Shown here: positions 19,243 to 31,352 of the stretch, piece after piece
How positions within the stretch are numbered: position 1 is the stretch's first letter
Layout of the letters: the number at the start of each line of letters is the position of its first letter
NCBI GenBank assembly: GCA_965203275.1
Contig: OZ241865.1
Location: 2,176,001 to 2,240,000, forward strand
Direction of reading: 5' to 3'
Length of the DNA stretch: 64,000 bases
Source of the DNA: Bdellovibrionales bacterium
GTDB lineage: Bacteria > Bdellovibrionota > Bdellovibrionia > Bdellovibrionales > JAUICD01
Made by a program: the position numbers and the translations under genes
Notes under the pieces: generated by a model
What the model was told of the DNA's origin: nothing
Database searches by the model: none
The model's input: the letters and a program-made list of their open reading frames with translations, nothing else

Positions 19243-19812
19243 GTTTCCTTAACATGGTATAAAGAAATGAAGGGATCCTTTTTCTGGGATCCGGCAGTCG
19301 GGCAAACCGGCAACAGAAGGAACTTTTTCCTTAACATTTCACTCAAAATGCATCATGCCTCTGGCATGTTTTTGGGCAATGACCGCAAAGGCTTTCGCCT
19401 TTGACAAAATGGTCATTGCCTCAAAAATCTATGCATTTTGAGTAGAGGAGGATCTCCTTGCTTCTGACACCATGTTAGGGAAAATTTCTTTTATTATCTC
19501 AGGAGCAAGCAGGCTACTTGTCAATCTGGGATCTGGGATCCGGGATCCGGCAGACAGGCATCAGAAAGAACTCTTTTTCCCTAACATGTAGTTAAGAGAC
19601 AAAGAGATTCTTCCTACTCAAAGTGAACAGGCTTTTGAGGGCATCAGGCAGAAAAGGCATTTTGTTTCCTTAACATGGTGTTAAGAGATGAGGAGATCCT
19701 CCCTACTAAAAGTAAACGGACTTTTGAGGTGATGACCATTTTATCGACGACGACAGTCGTCGTGGTCATCGCCCAAAAGCAACCAGAGGTTGGTTTACTT
19801 TTAGGGAAACAA
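19243..19812. repeat. Cluster 1 of the structured ~145-bp element (minus-strand unit 19341-19484, plus-strand unit 19663-19812, partial heads, GGGATCC heptamers)
   Basis: Shared CCTTAACATGGTGTTAA head and nested stems. Confidence 0.9.
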
Positions 19813-19890
19813 CGCACGTATCTCTGAAAGAGGTACGTACGGGTAGATGAGGATCAACGAAGTTAGACAATAAAAGGCCCAAACGTCCAA

Positions 19891-20838
19891 ATGAAAAAAA
19901 TTATTATTACAACAGGTGACTGTGATGGCATTGGCAGTGAAATCACTGCTAAAGCCCTCAGCGAGTTAAAGGTACGAAATGATGTTCAGTTTTTTGTATG
20001 GCGATCTCCGCATTGTCCTTTGCCAGATATTCAACGTTTATCTCAATCAGCTTGGACTTATAAAAAAGTTTCTTGTTGGCAAGAAGCTTTAAAGGCATCC
20101 CCTCAATATACATTAATTGATATTGAAAGCCGGCTTTCACCAGTTGAATGGATTGAACAGTCTGCCTTAGAAGCTCAAAAAGGACTTGTGGATGCTTTAG
20201 TGACAGCCCCTCTATCTAAAGAAGTCATTCATTTACACAACCCATTAGATAAAGGCCATACAGATATTTTAAAAAGAGTTTGTCAAAATAAAAATCTTTT
20301 TATGTCCTTTATAGGTGAATACTTTGCTGTCTTGCTTTTAACAGATCATATTGCACTTTCTCAAGTATCCCAAAAACTCAATCAAAAGTGCATTGTTCAA
20401 GGATTGCTTTTTGCTAACCACTTGCAAAAAGCTTTTTTTAAAGACATAAAGCCTATAGGACTCTTAGGATTAAACCCACATGCTGGAGAAAATAACATTC
20501 TAGGGTGTGAAGAACAAAGTATATTTATACCTGCTTTAAAAGAAGCCCAAAAACAAATCAATGTAGAAGGACCTTTGGTCTCAGATGTGGTCTTTCAAGA
20601 AAAACATAGAGAAAGGTATAACGTATTTGTAGCAAGTTATCATGATCAAGGGCTAATCCCTTTCAAAAGCCTACATAAAAGCTACACAGGAACACAGGTC
20701 ACAATGGGATTGAACTTTATCAGGACAAGTGTAGATCATGGAACAGCTAAAGATATTTTTTCAAAAGACAAAGCTCAACATCAATCTATGATCAATGCCA
20801 TAAACAACACTCTTCGCCTATTAAAATCAGACGTTTGA
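19891..20838 (+). CDS. pdxA: 4-hydroxythreonine-4-phosphate dehydrogenase
   Basis: ITTGDCDGIGSE, LVTAPLSK, GHTD, LNPHAGE, YHDQGLIP, RTSVDHGTA. Confidence 0.92.
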   Translation: MKKIIITTGDCDGIGSEITAKALSELKVRNDVQFFVWRSPHCPLPDIQRLSQSAWTYKKVSCWQEALKASPQYTLIDIESRLSPVEWIEQSALEAQKGLVDALVTAPLSKEVIHLHNPLDKGHTDILKRVCQNKNLFMSFIGEYFAVLLLTDHIALSQVSQKLNQKCIVQGLLFANHLQKAFFKDIKPIGLLGLNPHAGENNILGCEEQSIFIPALKEAQKQINVEGPLVSDVVFQEKHRERYNVFVASYHDQGLIPFKSLHKSYTGTQVTMGLNFIRTSVDHGTAKDIFSKDKAQHQSMINAINNTLRLLKSDV

Positions 20839-20850
20839 GTTAATCTTTGC

Positions 20851-21084
20851 CTAATTAACAACCTTTACCTTGATAGCACAAGGACCTTTGCGACCTTGGC
20901 CTACTTCAAACTCTACCTGATCCCCATCTTTAGGTTCGGCTCCATTGGTTTCAGAAACATGAAAGAATAAATCTTGACCAGATTCTTGCTTAATGAAACC
21001 AAAACCCTTTGAAGTATTAAAAAACTTCACTGTACCTTTTTGAAAGGCTTTTTCTTCTTTTTGTACTTCTTCTGCTTGCATCAT
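20851..21084 (-). CDS. Cold-shock protein (CspA family)
   Basis: GTVKFFNTSKGFGFI, DLFFHVS, GRKGPCA. Confidence 0.92.
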   Translation of the reverse strand: MMQAEEVQKEEKAFQKGTVKFFNTSKGFGFIKQESGQDLFFHVSETNGAEPKDGDQVEFEVGQGRKGPCAIKVKVVN

Positions 21085-21388
21085 AATCTTTATCAATCCT
21101 TATATTAATAAGTTAAAATAAACACACATTAGCTTTATATAATAGTCACATTTAACATTTATATAGTTATAAAGTGACATTTATACAAAGCCCCTTAATT
21201 GAATGTGTATTGCATACTAAAATTAAAATATTGTCAATACTATTTATTAAATTCTTAAAATAAATATAACACAGTGTGTTAGGCTAAGCTTTATAAAGCC
21301 ATTGCCTTTATGGGTTGGGGGGAGGATATAGAGGTTCAAGACTTTGATCTCTTAAGTTTAAGTGAAATTTAAAACTGATTAAGTGAAA

Positions 21389-23794
21389 TTAAAACTGATG
21401 GGAAAAAACAGAAATCCATTGAGGGTCAGAAATGAGTGTTTTGACAGCAACTCTTTTTTGAGGCTCTCCTTGTAAGCTTTGAGCTTCTAAAATTAAAGAA
21501 TTAAGCCCTGGATCTACATTGAATAAAATAAATCCATCAGCAGGCATGTTTAATGAACTTTCATCATAAGAACTTTCAAATGCATTAAAATAAATAATCT
21601 CTGTAGAAGTATTAACATCTTCCATATAAACTCTAAAAGGTAAAGAATTGGCAATATACCCCACAATCGTTGACAAATTAGGATTTTGAGTCATTTTATG
21701 TTGAGCTTTTATTTGATGAAGCCATGATCGCTGAATCACTGGGAATGAAATGGCTTTTTTATTACGGTGAGAAGTTAAAATCATCTGATGATATTTTTTT
21801 AAATCGTCAGGTTTTAACTCAAAATACAAAGGGTCTGCATTTTGGAAAAAATTAAGCTTGAAGTGTCCTGAGGATGTGATCACACTCTTTGTATCTTCTG
21901 ATCCTAAATAATTAACTTGTGCAGCTAAAAAATCCCCTGTTTGACTGTCAAAAACACAGGCATCAGCTTCTTGCTTGGGTGTTATTTCCATCTGTATACT
22001 AGAAATATAAGCCCTATCTACCCATAGAACTTTTGAAGGGATAAAATATCCAGCTCCCTGTCCTCTCAATAAATGAATTCCTGGTGGCACGTTCACATAA
22101 ACAAAATAACCTGCATTCGTAGTCGCTCTATCTTTTACAAATTGACCATTTTCTGTTAAATAATAAATATCTCCTACATCAGCTAGCTCTAAGGATACAC
22201 CTTCAAGACCTTGACCATCTTTGATGACTCTACCCCAAATCATACCCAAATCTAAACTCAAGTTGGGTATGCTGTCTTGAAGAGATATGAGAAGCTTTTT
22301 ATTGGGTATTTGCCAATCTTGAGCTTGATCATTTGTTGACCAAACAAGGGCATTCCACAAACCTTGTGTATACATCCTAGTAATAAAACTAGAATCAGAG
22401 AATATTTCAGGGATAGAAAATAAACCATTTTTATCAAGTTTTGTGATTTTTCCAATATTTTCTATTTCTGCGAGGATAGAAGTATCTGGAATATTATTTC
22501 CTTGCCCATCAATGCTGACAACTCTTATAGCGGGTACTTGATTTGAAGGTTCTACCTCTAAATTAATCTGTGTAGTATCTTCTAATTGAGATGGTAAATC
22601 TTCTTTTGCATTCTTTTTAAAAAAATCTCTTAATAATACTTGCGAAGATCCTCTTAAAATACCATCTCTACTTCTTAACTGTGCCAATAATAATCCAAAA
22701 GAAGGATCTTCTATATCAATGGTAAAATGACCTTTACCTAAATCAATATCTGCTGTTTGAACAATGGAGCAACCTTTGACATAAGCTACATTTAAATCAT
22801 CATCTTCTAATAATCCAAGTCCATTAGATAACGTAATATGTCCTGAAACTTTTATTGGAGTGGAAGAAATAAATGCATCGGGAGCAGAGTCTAAAGAAGT
22901 AGCCATAGTTGTCATACCAGCCATAGTCGTCATACTAGCCATAGCAGTTAAGTTTTTTGATGTTTTGTTCTGAAAATTATCATTGTTTAATTGTTTTGTA
23001 TCTTGATCTTGATTTAGAGGATTGATACGAGTGTTTTGAGAGATCAGCGAGGGTGAAGGTTGAGGGATAGGTTTTTGATCAGGAAGACCAACCCACACAT
23101 TACCAACCCATTTTTGTGGAGGCATAGCGACCTGTGTATTTTGATCATTGAGGAGATTTCTTTGATGGTTTATAGAAGTATCAACGTGAGAGGCCAATGC
23201 TTCCTCTGAAGATGTTGTATCTATAGCTTGTGTGTAAGCAAACCACCTTTTTTCAAAATTAGAAAGTGGCTTTGTTGAGATATTTGTTGATGGCAAAGAT
23301 TGTGCTTTATTTAAAGCGACTATGTTTTTTTGTATCTTTTGATAAATAGGTCTTTCTTCTGAAGAATAAGATAAATTAATGCCTTTAAGATATAAAGTCC
23401 TGAGAGGTTTTGATTGTAGAGAATTTTCTTTACTTTCTTGCAGGTTAATTAAAAGAGGTTTTTGAATATGTAAAATATGTTCTGGAAAGTCTAATTTTTG
23501 GGATGCTAAACGCAATACTGATAAAGGCTTTGGAGCGACTGGAGCAATTGGAGTGACTGGAGCGGAATGAGAAGGGATTTTTTGAACTTCAAAAGAGGGA
23601 TTGATCATTTCATCTTCTAGGGCTATAAAAGGCGGAGTGTTACGATTGATTTGAACCTTTATGCTATTTTTAATATGTTTTGTATTTTGGTCATCTAATA
23701 AATAAGATGGGGAAAACCAAAAAACAAAAAATGGCATAAAAAGAAAAAATATCTCATGCACATAAGCTTTTAAAAAATACTGAACGTGGTTCAT
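21389..23794 (-). CDS. Large hypothetical exported/membrane-anchored protein with beta-sandwich-like C-terminal domains
   Basis: 801-aa ORF; N-terminal TM; ATTNAGYFVYVNVPPG motif. Confidence 0.7.
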   Translation of the reverse strand: MNHVQYFLKAYVHEIFFLFMPFFVFWFSPSYLLDDQNTKHIKNSIKVQINRNTPPFIALEDEMINPSFEVQKIPSHSAPVTPIAPVAPKPLSVLRLASQKLDFPEHILHIQKPLLINLQESKENSLQSKPLRTLYLKGINLSYSSEERPIYQKIQKNIVALNKAQSLPSTNISTKPLSNFEKRWFAYTQAIDTTSSEEALASHVDTSINHQRNLLNDQNTQVAMPPQKWVGNVWVGLPDQKPIPQPSPSLISQNTRINPLNQDQDTKQLNNDNFQNKTSKNLTAMASMTTMAGMTTMATSLDSAPDAFISSTPIKVSGHITLSNGLGLLEDDDLNVAYVKGCSIVQTADIDLGKGHFTIDIEDPSFGLLLAQLRSRDGILRGSSQVLLRDFFKKNAKEDLPSQLEDTTQINLEVEPSNQVPAIRVVSIDGQGNNIPDTSILAEIENIGKITKLDKNGLFSIPEIFSDSSFITRMYTQGLWNALVWSTNDQAQDWQIPNKKLLISLQDSIPNLSLDLGMIWGRVIKDGQGLEGVSLELADVGDIYYLTENGQFVKDRATTNAGYFVYVNVPPGIHLLRGQGAGYFIPSKVLWVDRAYISSIQMEITPKQEADACVFDSQTGDFLAAQVNYLGSEDTKSVITSSGHFKLNFFQNADPLYFELKPDDLKKYHQMILTSHRNKKAISFPVIQRSWLHQIKAQHKMTQNPNLSTIVGYIANSLPFRVYMEDVNTSTEIIYFNAFESSYDESSLNMPADGFILFNVDPGLNSLILEAQSLQGEPQKRVAVKTLISDPQWISVFSHQF

Positions 23795-23845
23795 GCCTTA
23801 CCTTTTATGTTGATATTTTGTTTGAAGTATATTCTTTAAAAGTAT

Positions 23846-24331
23846 TTAAAAAGCACGGAAGTTGTCAATAATATCCCAGTTTTCATTTGCCTTTTCTATG
23901 TAATCATAAATCATCTGCCCTAGCCTTTTAGCTATTTCACCACTTCGGCCCATAGACATCCATTTTCCAGCAGTTAAGTCTCTTTGTGAATAAAATCCTT
24001 TGGAATCTTTAGATGCACGGGGACGAATTTCTATATATACCTTGAGGATTAAGTGATAAGGACGGCGATCTCCTAAAATCCAAGCACGGGCGTAAGCTCT
24101 ATAAACTCTATATTTAGATGATTTGTATTCGGGCTTATAATCACCTGGGCGAAAGTATTGGGATTGTATTTCACGATGGTTTTTGCTAACCCATTTTACA
24201 CCTTCAGGCATATTCCTCTTTACAGCAGATTGAATAAAATTTAAAGAACGATTAAGATCTCTTTTAGAATAATAAGAAACACAACCAGTCAATAATAAAC
24301 AACAGAAAAGACAAAAAACACTTTTATACAT
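23846..24331 (-). CDS. Hypothetical lipoprotein
   Basis: Lipobox LTGC. Confidence 0.75.
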   Translation of the reverse strand: MYKSVFCLFCCLLLTGCVSYYSKRDLNRSLNFIQSAVKRNMPEGVKWVSKNHREIQSQYFRPGDYKPEYKSSKYRVYRAYARAWILGDRRPYHLILKVYIEIRPRASKDSKGFYSQRDLTAGKWMSMGRSGEIAKRLGQMIYDYIEKANENWDIIDNFRAF

Positions 24332-24492
24332 AAATTGATTGTATCGTTATAATAGTTATTGATACAAATAATCAAAGCTTGTGAAAAAGAAAAACCTTTT
24401 GTAAAGTAGACCTTAGTCTACTTGCTTTACAATAATGAGCATTTAGAAATTTAAAAAATATCATTAGAGTACAAAAAACAAGAGGATCTAAA

Positions 24493-25257
24493 ATGAACGA
24501 GATATTAAAAGATAAAACATTACAACACAACAAAGTATTAGATGATCAAAAAGTGCTTTCTATCTTAGAGAGCATTTTGTTTTTTTCTGATCGTCCTGTG
24601 ACTTTAGAATCTATACAATATGCTTTTGAGGGAACAAATGTAGATCTTAAAAAAATTAAAGCAAGTCTTAAGGAATATAGCAACTTGTTACTAGAATCAA
24701 ATAGAGGTATTTATTTAGAGCAAATTGCTAGTGGTTATCAACTAAGAACAAAAAAAGATAATGTAGAATTTTTGAAAAAGCTTAAAAAGACAAAAGCCTT
24801 TCGATTGACAGCTTCGTCTTTAGAAGTGTTAGCTATTATTGCTTATGAACAACCTTGTATTAAAGCAAGGATTGATGAAGTTCGCTCTGTGGATTCAGGG
24901 CATTTACTCAGAGGTTTGATGGATAAAGGGCTTGTGGCTTTCTATGGCAAAAGTGATCTACCTGGAAAACCTATGCTTTATAAAACCACAAAGAAATTTT
25001 TAGAAGTTTTTGGATTAAAAAACCTCAAACAACTACCAGCTATGAACGAAATTGACAGCTTATTACCTGAAGGCATGCTGGAGGAACAAGACCAACAAGC
25101 AGATCAATTACCTCCCCTTGCTGATTTGTCTCAGGATTTAAAGAAAAAAACAAATAGCTTTGATAAAAATAAAGAAGATTATAAAGAGACAGAACAAAAG
25201 CTTAAAAAAGTGACACAAGAGTTATTAAAAGTGCAGGTCCCTCCATTGACTCCTTAA
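24493..25257 (+). CDS. scpB: SMC-Scp complex subunit ScpB
   Basis: LESILF, GYQLRT, LEVLAIIAYEQP, PGKPMLYKTTKKFLEVFGL. Confidence 0.93.
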   Translation: MNEILKDKTLQHNKVLDDQKVLSILESILFFSDRPVTLESIQYAFEGTNVDLKKIKASLKEYSNLLLESNRGIYLEQIASGYQLRTKKDNVEFLKKLKKTKAFRLTASSLEVLAIIAYEQPCIKARIDEVRSVDSGHLLRGLMDKGLVAFYGKSDLPGKPMLYKTTKKFLEVFGLKNLKQLPAMNEIDSLLPEGMLEEQDQQADQLPPLADLSQDLKKKTNSFDKNKEDYKETEQKLKKVTQELLKVQVPPLTP

Positions 25258-25311
25258 AGAGTGTTAAGACCTTATCGCATTTTGTTAAGAGGCTTATGGA
25301 TTAAAAAGAGA

Positions 25312-25668
25312 TTATTTATTGGATAGATGAGTTAATAACTCAAATATCTTATCAAGACGTTGATTGACGAGATCAAATCTTTGATTGGTTTGTTTTGCAT
25401 TGTCATCAATCTTTTGATTAAGTTCTTTTGCATTGTCATCAATTTTCTGATTAAGTGCCTTCATGTTGTCTTCTAGTCTTTTAATTTTATCTTCTAGTCC
25501 TCTAATTTTATCATCTAGCCCTCTAATTTGTGAAGGTAGATGATTATACAGCTGTAACTTAACACCTCCAGCTAAATAACATAAATAAAAAGCTGAAAAA
25601 AGAAGGAAAAGATGGATACTCTCTTTTGAAATAGTGAATAAAGACTCAAACCATTCTGGAAAACTCAT
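25312..25668 (-). CDS. Membrane-anchored coiled-coil protein (NHLPSQ family), copy a
   Basis: N-terminal TM, NHLPSQIRGL, heptad/hendecad repeats. Confidence 0.8.
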   Translation of the reverse strand: MSFPEWFESLFTISKESIHLFLLFSAFYLCYLAGGVKLQLYNHLPSQIRGLDDKIRGLEDKIKRLEDNMKALNQKIDDNAKELNQKIDDNAKQTNQRFDLVNQRLDKIFELLTHLSNK

Positions 25669-26033
25669 ATTTTAAAATCTCCTGTTTTTGTAAAGTGAAG
25701 AAAAGTTCATCCGTATTTATATGACTTTTATTTTATTATACCTTATTTAAGGGAAAAATCAACAGGTAGTGATAAATTATGATGCATTGTCGCAAATTGC
25801 CATAAAATCCATTAGATTGCTATTGTTCAGGACAGGAAAAGTATCTGAAATTGGCAAAAAGCACATTCTAAGGCTCATTTACCAACCAGGGCGATCACCA
25901 CCCACTTACACGAGCTCTTTAATCCAGAGAAGCTCCCACCATAAAGCAAATTAAAGTTGTGAAACGGATTAAGTTATTATAAAGCGTAATACCTTATCGC
26001 ATTTTGTTAAAAGTCTTATGGTTTAAAAAGAGA

Positions 26034-26465
26034 TTATTTATTTGGAAGATTAGTTAATAACTCAAATATCTTATCAAGACGTTGATTGACATGATCAAAT
26101 TTTTGATTGGTTTGTTTTGCATTGTCGTCAATTTTTTGATTGAGTTCCTTTGCATTGTTATCAATTTTTTGATTGAGCTCCTTTGCATTGTCGTCAACTT
26201 TCTTATCTAATGCCTGAATTTTATCTTCTAGTCTTTTAATGTTGTCATCAACTTTCTGATCCAGTGCCTTAATGTTGTCTTCTAGTCTTCTAATTTTATC
26301 TTCTAGTCCTCTAATTTGTGAGGGTAGATGATTGGTGACTTGTTCTTTAATCTCATTTTTAAAATCCTCGATCCTTTGTTCAATAGGTCTGATATAAAAT
26401 CTCACAATTCCAACTAAGCTACCAAAAAAAACCATGATAGTTACAAGTATTTGTAAAAGCTCCAT
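26034..26465 (-). CDS. Membrane-anchored coiled-coil protein (NHLPSQ family), copy b
   Basis: N-terminal TM, QVTNHLPSQ, KIDDNAKELNQ repeats. Confidence 0.8.
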   Translation of the reverse strand: MELLQILVTIMVFFGSLVGIVRFYIRPIEQRIEDFKNEIKEQVTNHLPSQIRGLEDKIRRLEDNIKALDQKVDDNIKRLEDKIQALDKKVDDNAKELNQKIDNNAKELNQKIDDNAKQTNQKFDHVNQRLDKIFELLTNLPNK

Positions 26466-27072
26466 TTAAAACCTCCTGTTTTTGTAAAGTGAAGAAAAGT
26501 TCAAACTATTCGTAATTTATATGACTTTTATTTTATTATACCTTATTTAAGGGAAAAATCAACAGGTAGTGATAAATTATGATGCATTGCCACAAATTGC
26601 CATAAAATCCAGTAGATTGTTATTGTTCAGGACAGGGAAAGTATCTGAAATTGGCAAAAAGCAAACAAAGCACACTCTAAAGCCAACCAGAGCCATCACC
26701 ACCCACTTACACGAGTTCTTTAATTCAGAGAAGCTCCACACAATTGAAAGCCTCTTTTGTCTCAAAATAAGAATGATCATCCAACGCATCCATCCAATGC
26801 CCCAATGCCAATCCAACGCCAACGCATCCAGTCCATTAACTTAAGCCAAAAGCCCTGGTAATAAATATTTTTATCAATAGTCTATTAACAAAGTTAAAAA
26901 CCCTTTAACTTCCTTAGTTTTTTTAATATCCTTTCATATCTTCTGCTATCCTCTAATATCAAAACATGGACTTTTAACCTAAAGCCCAACACAGACTGAA
27001 AGTATAGTAATCATTCAAAAAGTTTACACATAAAAGAATCTTTGAGAAAATATCATAAAAGGTGGTGAATCC

Positions 27073-30000
27073 ATGACAAATCAAAAAATTTTATCACAAT
27101 TACATTCAATCAGTGTTTTAATTTTATCTTTTGTATTCATATCCTGCGGAAGCGATAAGAATAACAATAATAATAATTTTAATAATAATATAGAGATCAA
27201 CGTAACAGGCTTATCAAATGATACCAAAGCTTTGAGAAATAAAGAGTGGCGATGGGGTTGTGAGGAATATAATAAAACAGACAAAAAGAAAAAAGCAAGT
27301 GATTGCACTTATCGACATGCTATCAATCAAAAGACCACTCATAAATTTGCTAGCAACGTAAAATATGACGATACAAGAAAAGCCACAAGAAAAGGTGAAT
27401 CTAAAGATGATCGCACAAAATATTATATTCATGTTCAGGCAAAAGCTAAAAGCAATATAGTATCAAAAATCAAAAGTGTTTATACTCTATTAGATACAAC
27501 CCCACCACAAGCTCTCAAGTCTTCTAATGTAAAAGCTCCAACTGGCAGAAGCACCGGGAAGACTTTTAGAGTGACTGTGAATGGTCTTAAAACGGGCGAC
27601 ACAGTGACTATTTATGCACCCCCCCCCCCCCCCCCCCCCCCTCAAATTTCCTAGGATTACGCTTTCTAGCCTCTCTCTTAGGTCGTAGGAATACAGAAGG
27701 TTCGAATTGTGTATCTGGTAATGCAGTAGGTAAAGCGACAGTATCTAGTGGCACTTCTGTTGTAGTAACGGTCACAGCAAGGGAAGGGACAAGTAGCTAT
27801 CACGCTCAAGTCGTGGATGAAGCAGGTAATAGAGGCCCATGTAGCCAGGTCTTTGAACATACAAATACTGGCGGAATTTTAGAGGTGACAGGGCTTACAA
27901 CTGACAAAAACCCCCGTAGGTTTAAAAGCTGGGAGTGGGGTTGCACTACAGAAAAGACCTTGCCTTGTGAATATCGTCATACAATTAATAATAAAGCGAC
28001 TCATTTATTTGATAGTAAGGCGACTTACTCTGCTAATAATAGAGCCAACACAACAGGCAAGAGCAACAACCTGTGGTATTTACATGTTCAAGCTAAAAAT
28101 ACAAAGAGAGAATCAAACGTCAAATCAGTTTCTGTGAGAATTGACAGAACAAAACCGGCAACTCCAAATTCAGGTTCGGTCACTTATAGAGTCATCGATA
28201 GTAGGCTCCATTCTTTGGAAGTGACATTTGAAGACCTTCTCTTAAATGATCGTGTTGAACTATATAATAGATCAAATTGTCAGGGTAATGCTTTAGGTAA
28301 AAGAACTGTTGGCAGTGATAATCGAGCCGTCATCACATTTAAAGCAACAGGCAATCGTCAAAAATACTATGCTAAAGTTATAGATAAAGCAAACAATAGC
28401 AGTGGGTGCGGTGCGGTGTTCACTTATCCTGATAATGTGTTGCCTGTTCTGCCTGCTGTGACAGGTCTGACAAATGATGACGTCCCACGACAGATAAAAA
28501 GATGGACGTGGGGATGTACTACAGAAGCCACCCATCCATGTGACTATAGATATGAAATAAACGACGACGCTATTTTAGACAGCGATGCCATTCGGGAATT
28601 TAATAAGAGGACTTACTCTAATGGAAACAGTGCGAGTACTAATGAAGAGGGAGATTGGTATTTACATGTTCAGGCTAGAAATAGGGCAGGTGAATCAAGC
28701 ATAAAGTCTGTCTCCGCTGAAGTGGATAGAACGCCACCTAAAACTCCAACTTCAAATTCTATGAGTTTTGTGTCTTCAGATAATCATAGGCTAACAGTGA
28801 CCTTTAGTGATAGTGGAATTCTACAAGGGGAACGTATTTCTATTTATAATGTGTCGGACTGTCGGGGACGTACTTTAGGAAGTGAACCAATGGCCAATAA
28901 CAATAGGGCCGTGATCACGTTTACAGCAACGAGCAGTCGTCAAAAATACTATGCTCAGGTTGTAGATGTAGCAGGCAATAAGGGCGGATGTGGGTTTATA
29001 TTTTCTTATCCTTCCGTGCCTGCTGTTGTGCCGGTAGTCACAGGTCTAACAAATGATGACGTCCCTCGACAGACAAAAAGATGGACGTGGGGTTGTAGTG
29101 GTTGCACTTATCGACATGCAATTAATCGAAATAGAACCCATACTTTTGAAAGTGGAGATGCTTATAGCACAACCCATGAGGCGACTAAAGGTGCAAGTCG
29201 TAGTGATGATGGCAGATGGTATATCCATGTACAGGCCAAAACAACCGAGGGTGGAGAATCAAGGGTAAGAACTGTTTATGCAAGGATAGATAGAACTCCA
29301 CCGGCTACACCGACTAAAAATTCAATAGTGTATGATGTGCTAAGGGAAGATGGAGTTGATAAACTTATGATTCAATTTTCAGACCTGGACATGGGTGATA
29401 CAGTAAAGGTTTATACAATAAGAAATGGCGGACCAAGTTCTCTCAAGGGTACGGCAACGGTTGACAGTGATGAGACCTTTATAAAATTTCGAGCACCAAT
29501 AGGTGCTACCAATTATACTGATTATTGTGTACAGGTGATTGATCAAGCTAAGAATGCAAGTACCTGTAATCTTATTTTGACGTACCCTGCCCGACCCCCT
29601 CAAATTGTTTTAACAACTCCAGTGCTAAATGAATCAAAAAACTATTTACATGATAGACCAACGTTTACAGTGGAAAAGGCAAGTGGCCATAAAATTGAAC
29701 TTTATGCTGATAGTGGTACCGGTGATGATGCTTGCGAAAATGCCAACTGCTGTAATGCTAGAGGTCATGTAGAAAAAGTTGCTGATAAAACCTGTCCTAC
29801 TACGGAGCCATGTACAATCAAGGTAGATGCAGATGAACTTTCTTATCCCGAAGGTGTAGATTATGAAACTTATAAATTCTATGTGAAAAAAGAATATGAC
29901 GGGCCTGATAGAGTTAAAGCATTTAAATGTTCCACAGAGGCAACAGAAAAAGCAAATGTAGTTTATAACCTGTGGCCTTATAATCCATTAGACTTAGGTG

Positions 30001-31280
30001 GTGATCGAGGGGGTTGTTTTTTATCTAAATTAGGTGAAATCAGTTGTTGGAAAGGAGAGACTGTGGGGCTATATGATAATTCATGGGAATTTAATCAGTG
30101 CTTACCACCAGATGGGGATTTTGAAGGAGAAAAAGAATGGATTGCCTCTTTTGATCCTATGAAATTTACTAGCTCTGTCAATTTAGGTTGTAGAAGTGGG
30201 AGCGGTTCAAATTGTCCAAAATATACAGCACTTGCTGTTTCTTTTAACTTTTACTATGACGGAGATGATCATTATATTTGTGCCATCTTAGACGATCAAA
30301 AAGTCAAATGCTGGGGAAAAAATGAGAAAGGCCAATTGGGGCTAGGCCATAAAGATGCTAAGTATGATCCTTCAGAATTCGAACCTATATTAAAGACTAA
30401 AAAGGTCAAGGCTATTTCTGCAGGGTTTGGGCATGCCTGTGTAATTCTTGATGGACCAGATGATGATAAAGATAAAGTTGGATGTTGGGGACATAATAAT
30501 AAAGGCCAATTAGGGCTAAATAGTAGTACTGATAGTAATGATAATGACAAAACTGACGTTAGGACAAATATCGATTTGGTTATTCTTGGAGGAGATAATA
30601 AAGTTAAGGCTATTTCTGCAGGTCATCTTCATACCTGTTCAATCCTGAAAGATGGTGATGATGATGGAAGGGTTAAGTGTTGGGGAGATAATGCTAATCA
30701 TCAATTAGGTACTGGAACAACTACCAATTATGGTGGTGGTACTCCTCATGTATCACATGCAAACAATATTTTTGATAAAGAAGCTACTAATCGTCCAAAT
30801 GGTACAAAAGCCAAACAAGCAGTTGCTGGGACTGGTGTTACGTGTATTATTAACGAGACTGAGACAGAGGTTATTTGTTTATCAAGCAACGGTGATTTTG
30901 ATATAAATACTACGAATTTAGGTTCAAGTACTATAGCCGTAGACGATTCTGGAGCACCTAGAAGGGTTTTCACTTTTAAAAGCGACACTACTAAAAAATT
31001 TAAAGCACTTTCTCTTACTTATCGTAGTATATGTATTTTATCAAATAGCGATGAGGTTGATTGTTTCGGGAAAAAATCACCCCCTCATAAGCATCAGTTT
31101 TCTGGTTTATTTTCTGAACAACTAGATAATAATAAAGTTAAATTTATAGCAACAGGAAGTGAAAATCAGTGTGCTTATTTAGACAATGATCAAGTGAACT
31201 GCTGGGGATTCCACGATGGCAACACCCTAAAAGAAAGACCTTTTATTTGTCCTAACGATGCTTCACAAACCAGTCTTTAA
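27073..31280 (+). CDS. ~1400-aa surface lipoprotein with four Ig-like repeats and C-terminal RCC1-like repeats, frameshifted at a C23 tract
   Basis: Lipobox FISC; four VTGL.ND...WGC...YRH.IN...HVQA repeats; CWG.N.KGQLGL and ISAG..H.C RCC1 motifs. The downstream frame is open from 27642. Confidence 0.85.
27619..27641 (+). repeat. Poly-C homopolymer (23 nt)
   Basis: Counted directly. Confidence 0.95.
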
Positions 31281-31310
31281 ACTTCAAAATATATTAAGTC
31301 ATAATACCTA

Positions 31311-31352
31311 GGGGGCCATGTTTTTTAAAGAGATTTCGTGGCCCCCTTTTTT
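31311..31352 (+). terminator. Probable intrinsic terminator
   Basis: GGGGGCCATG...CGTGGCCCCC followed by a T run; loop is long. Confidence 0.65.

Larger units (their letters stand above)
25270..26740. repeat. Tandem duplication (~25270-25940 and ~25991-26740) of gene plus ~260-bp upstream region
   Basis: Near-identical gene 3' ends and upstream non-coding DNA. Confidence 0.9.

Noticed and set aside
25769..26844. Duplicated MINYDAL... ORFs
   Set aside because: They lie in the duplicated upstream DNA; the copies diverge by frameshifting indels, arguing against coding.
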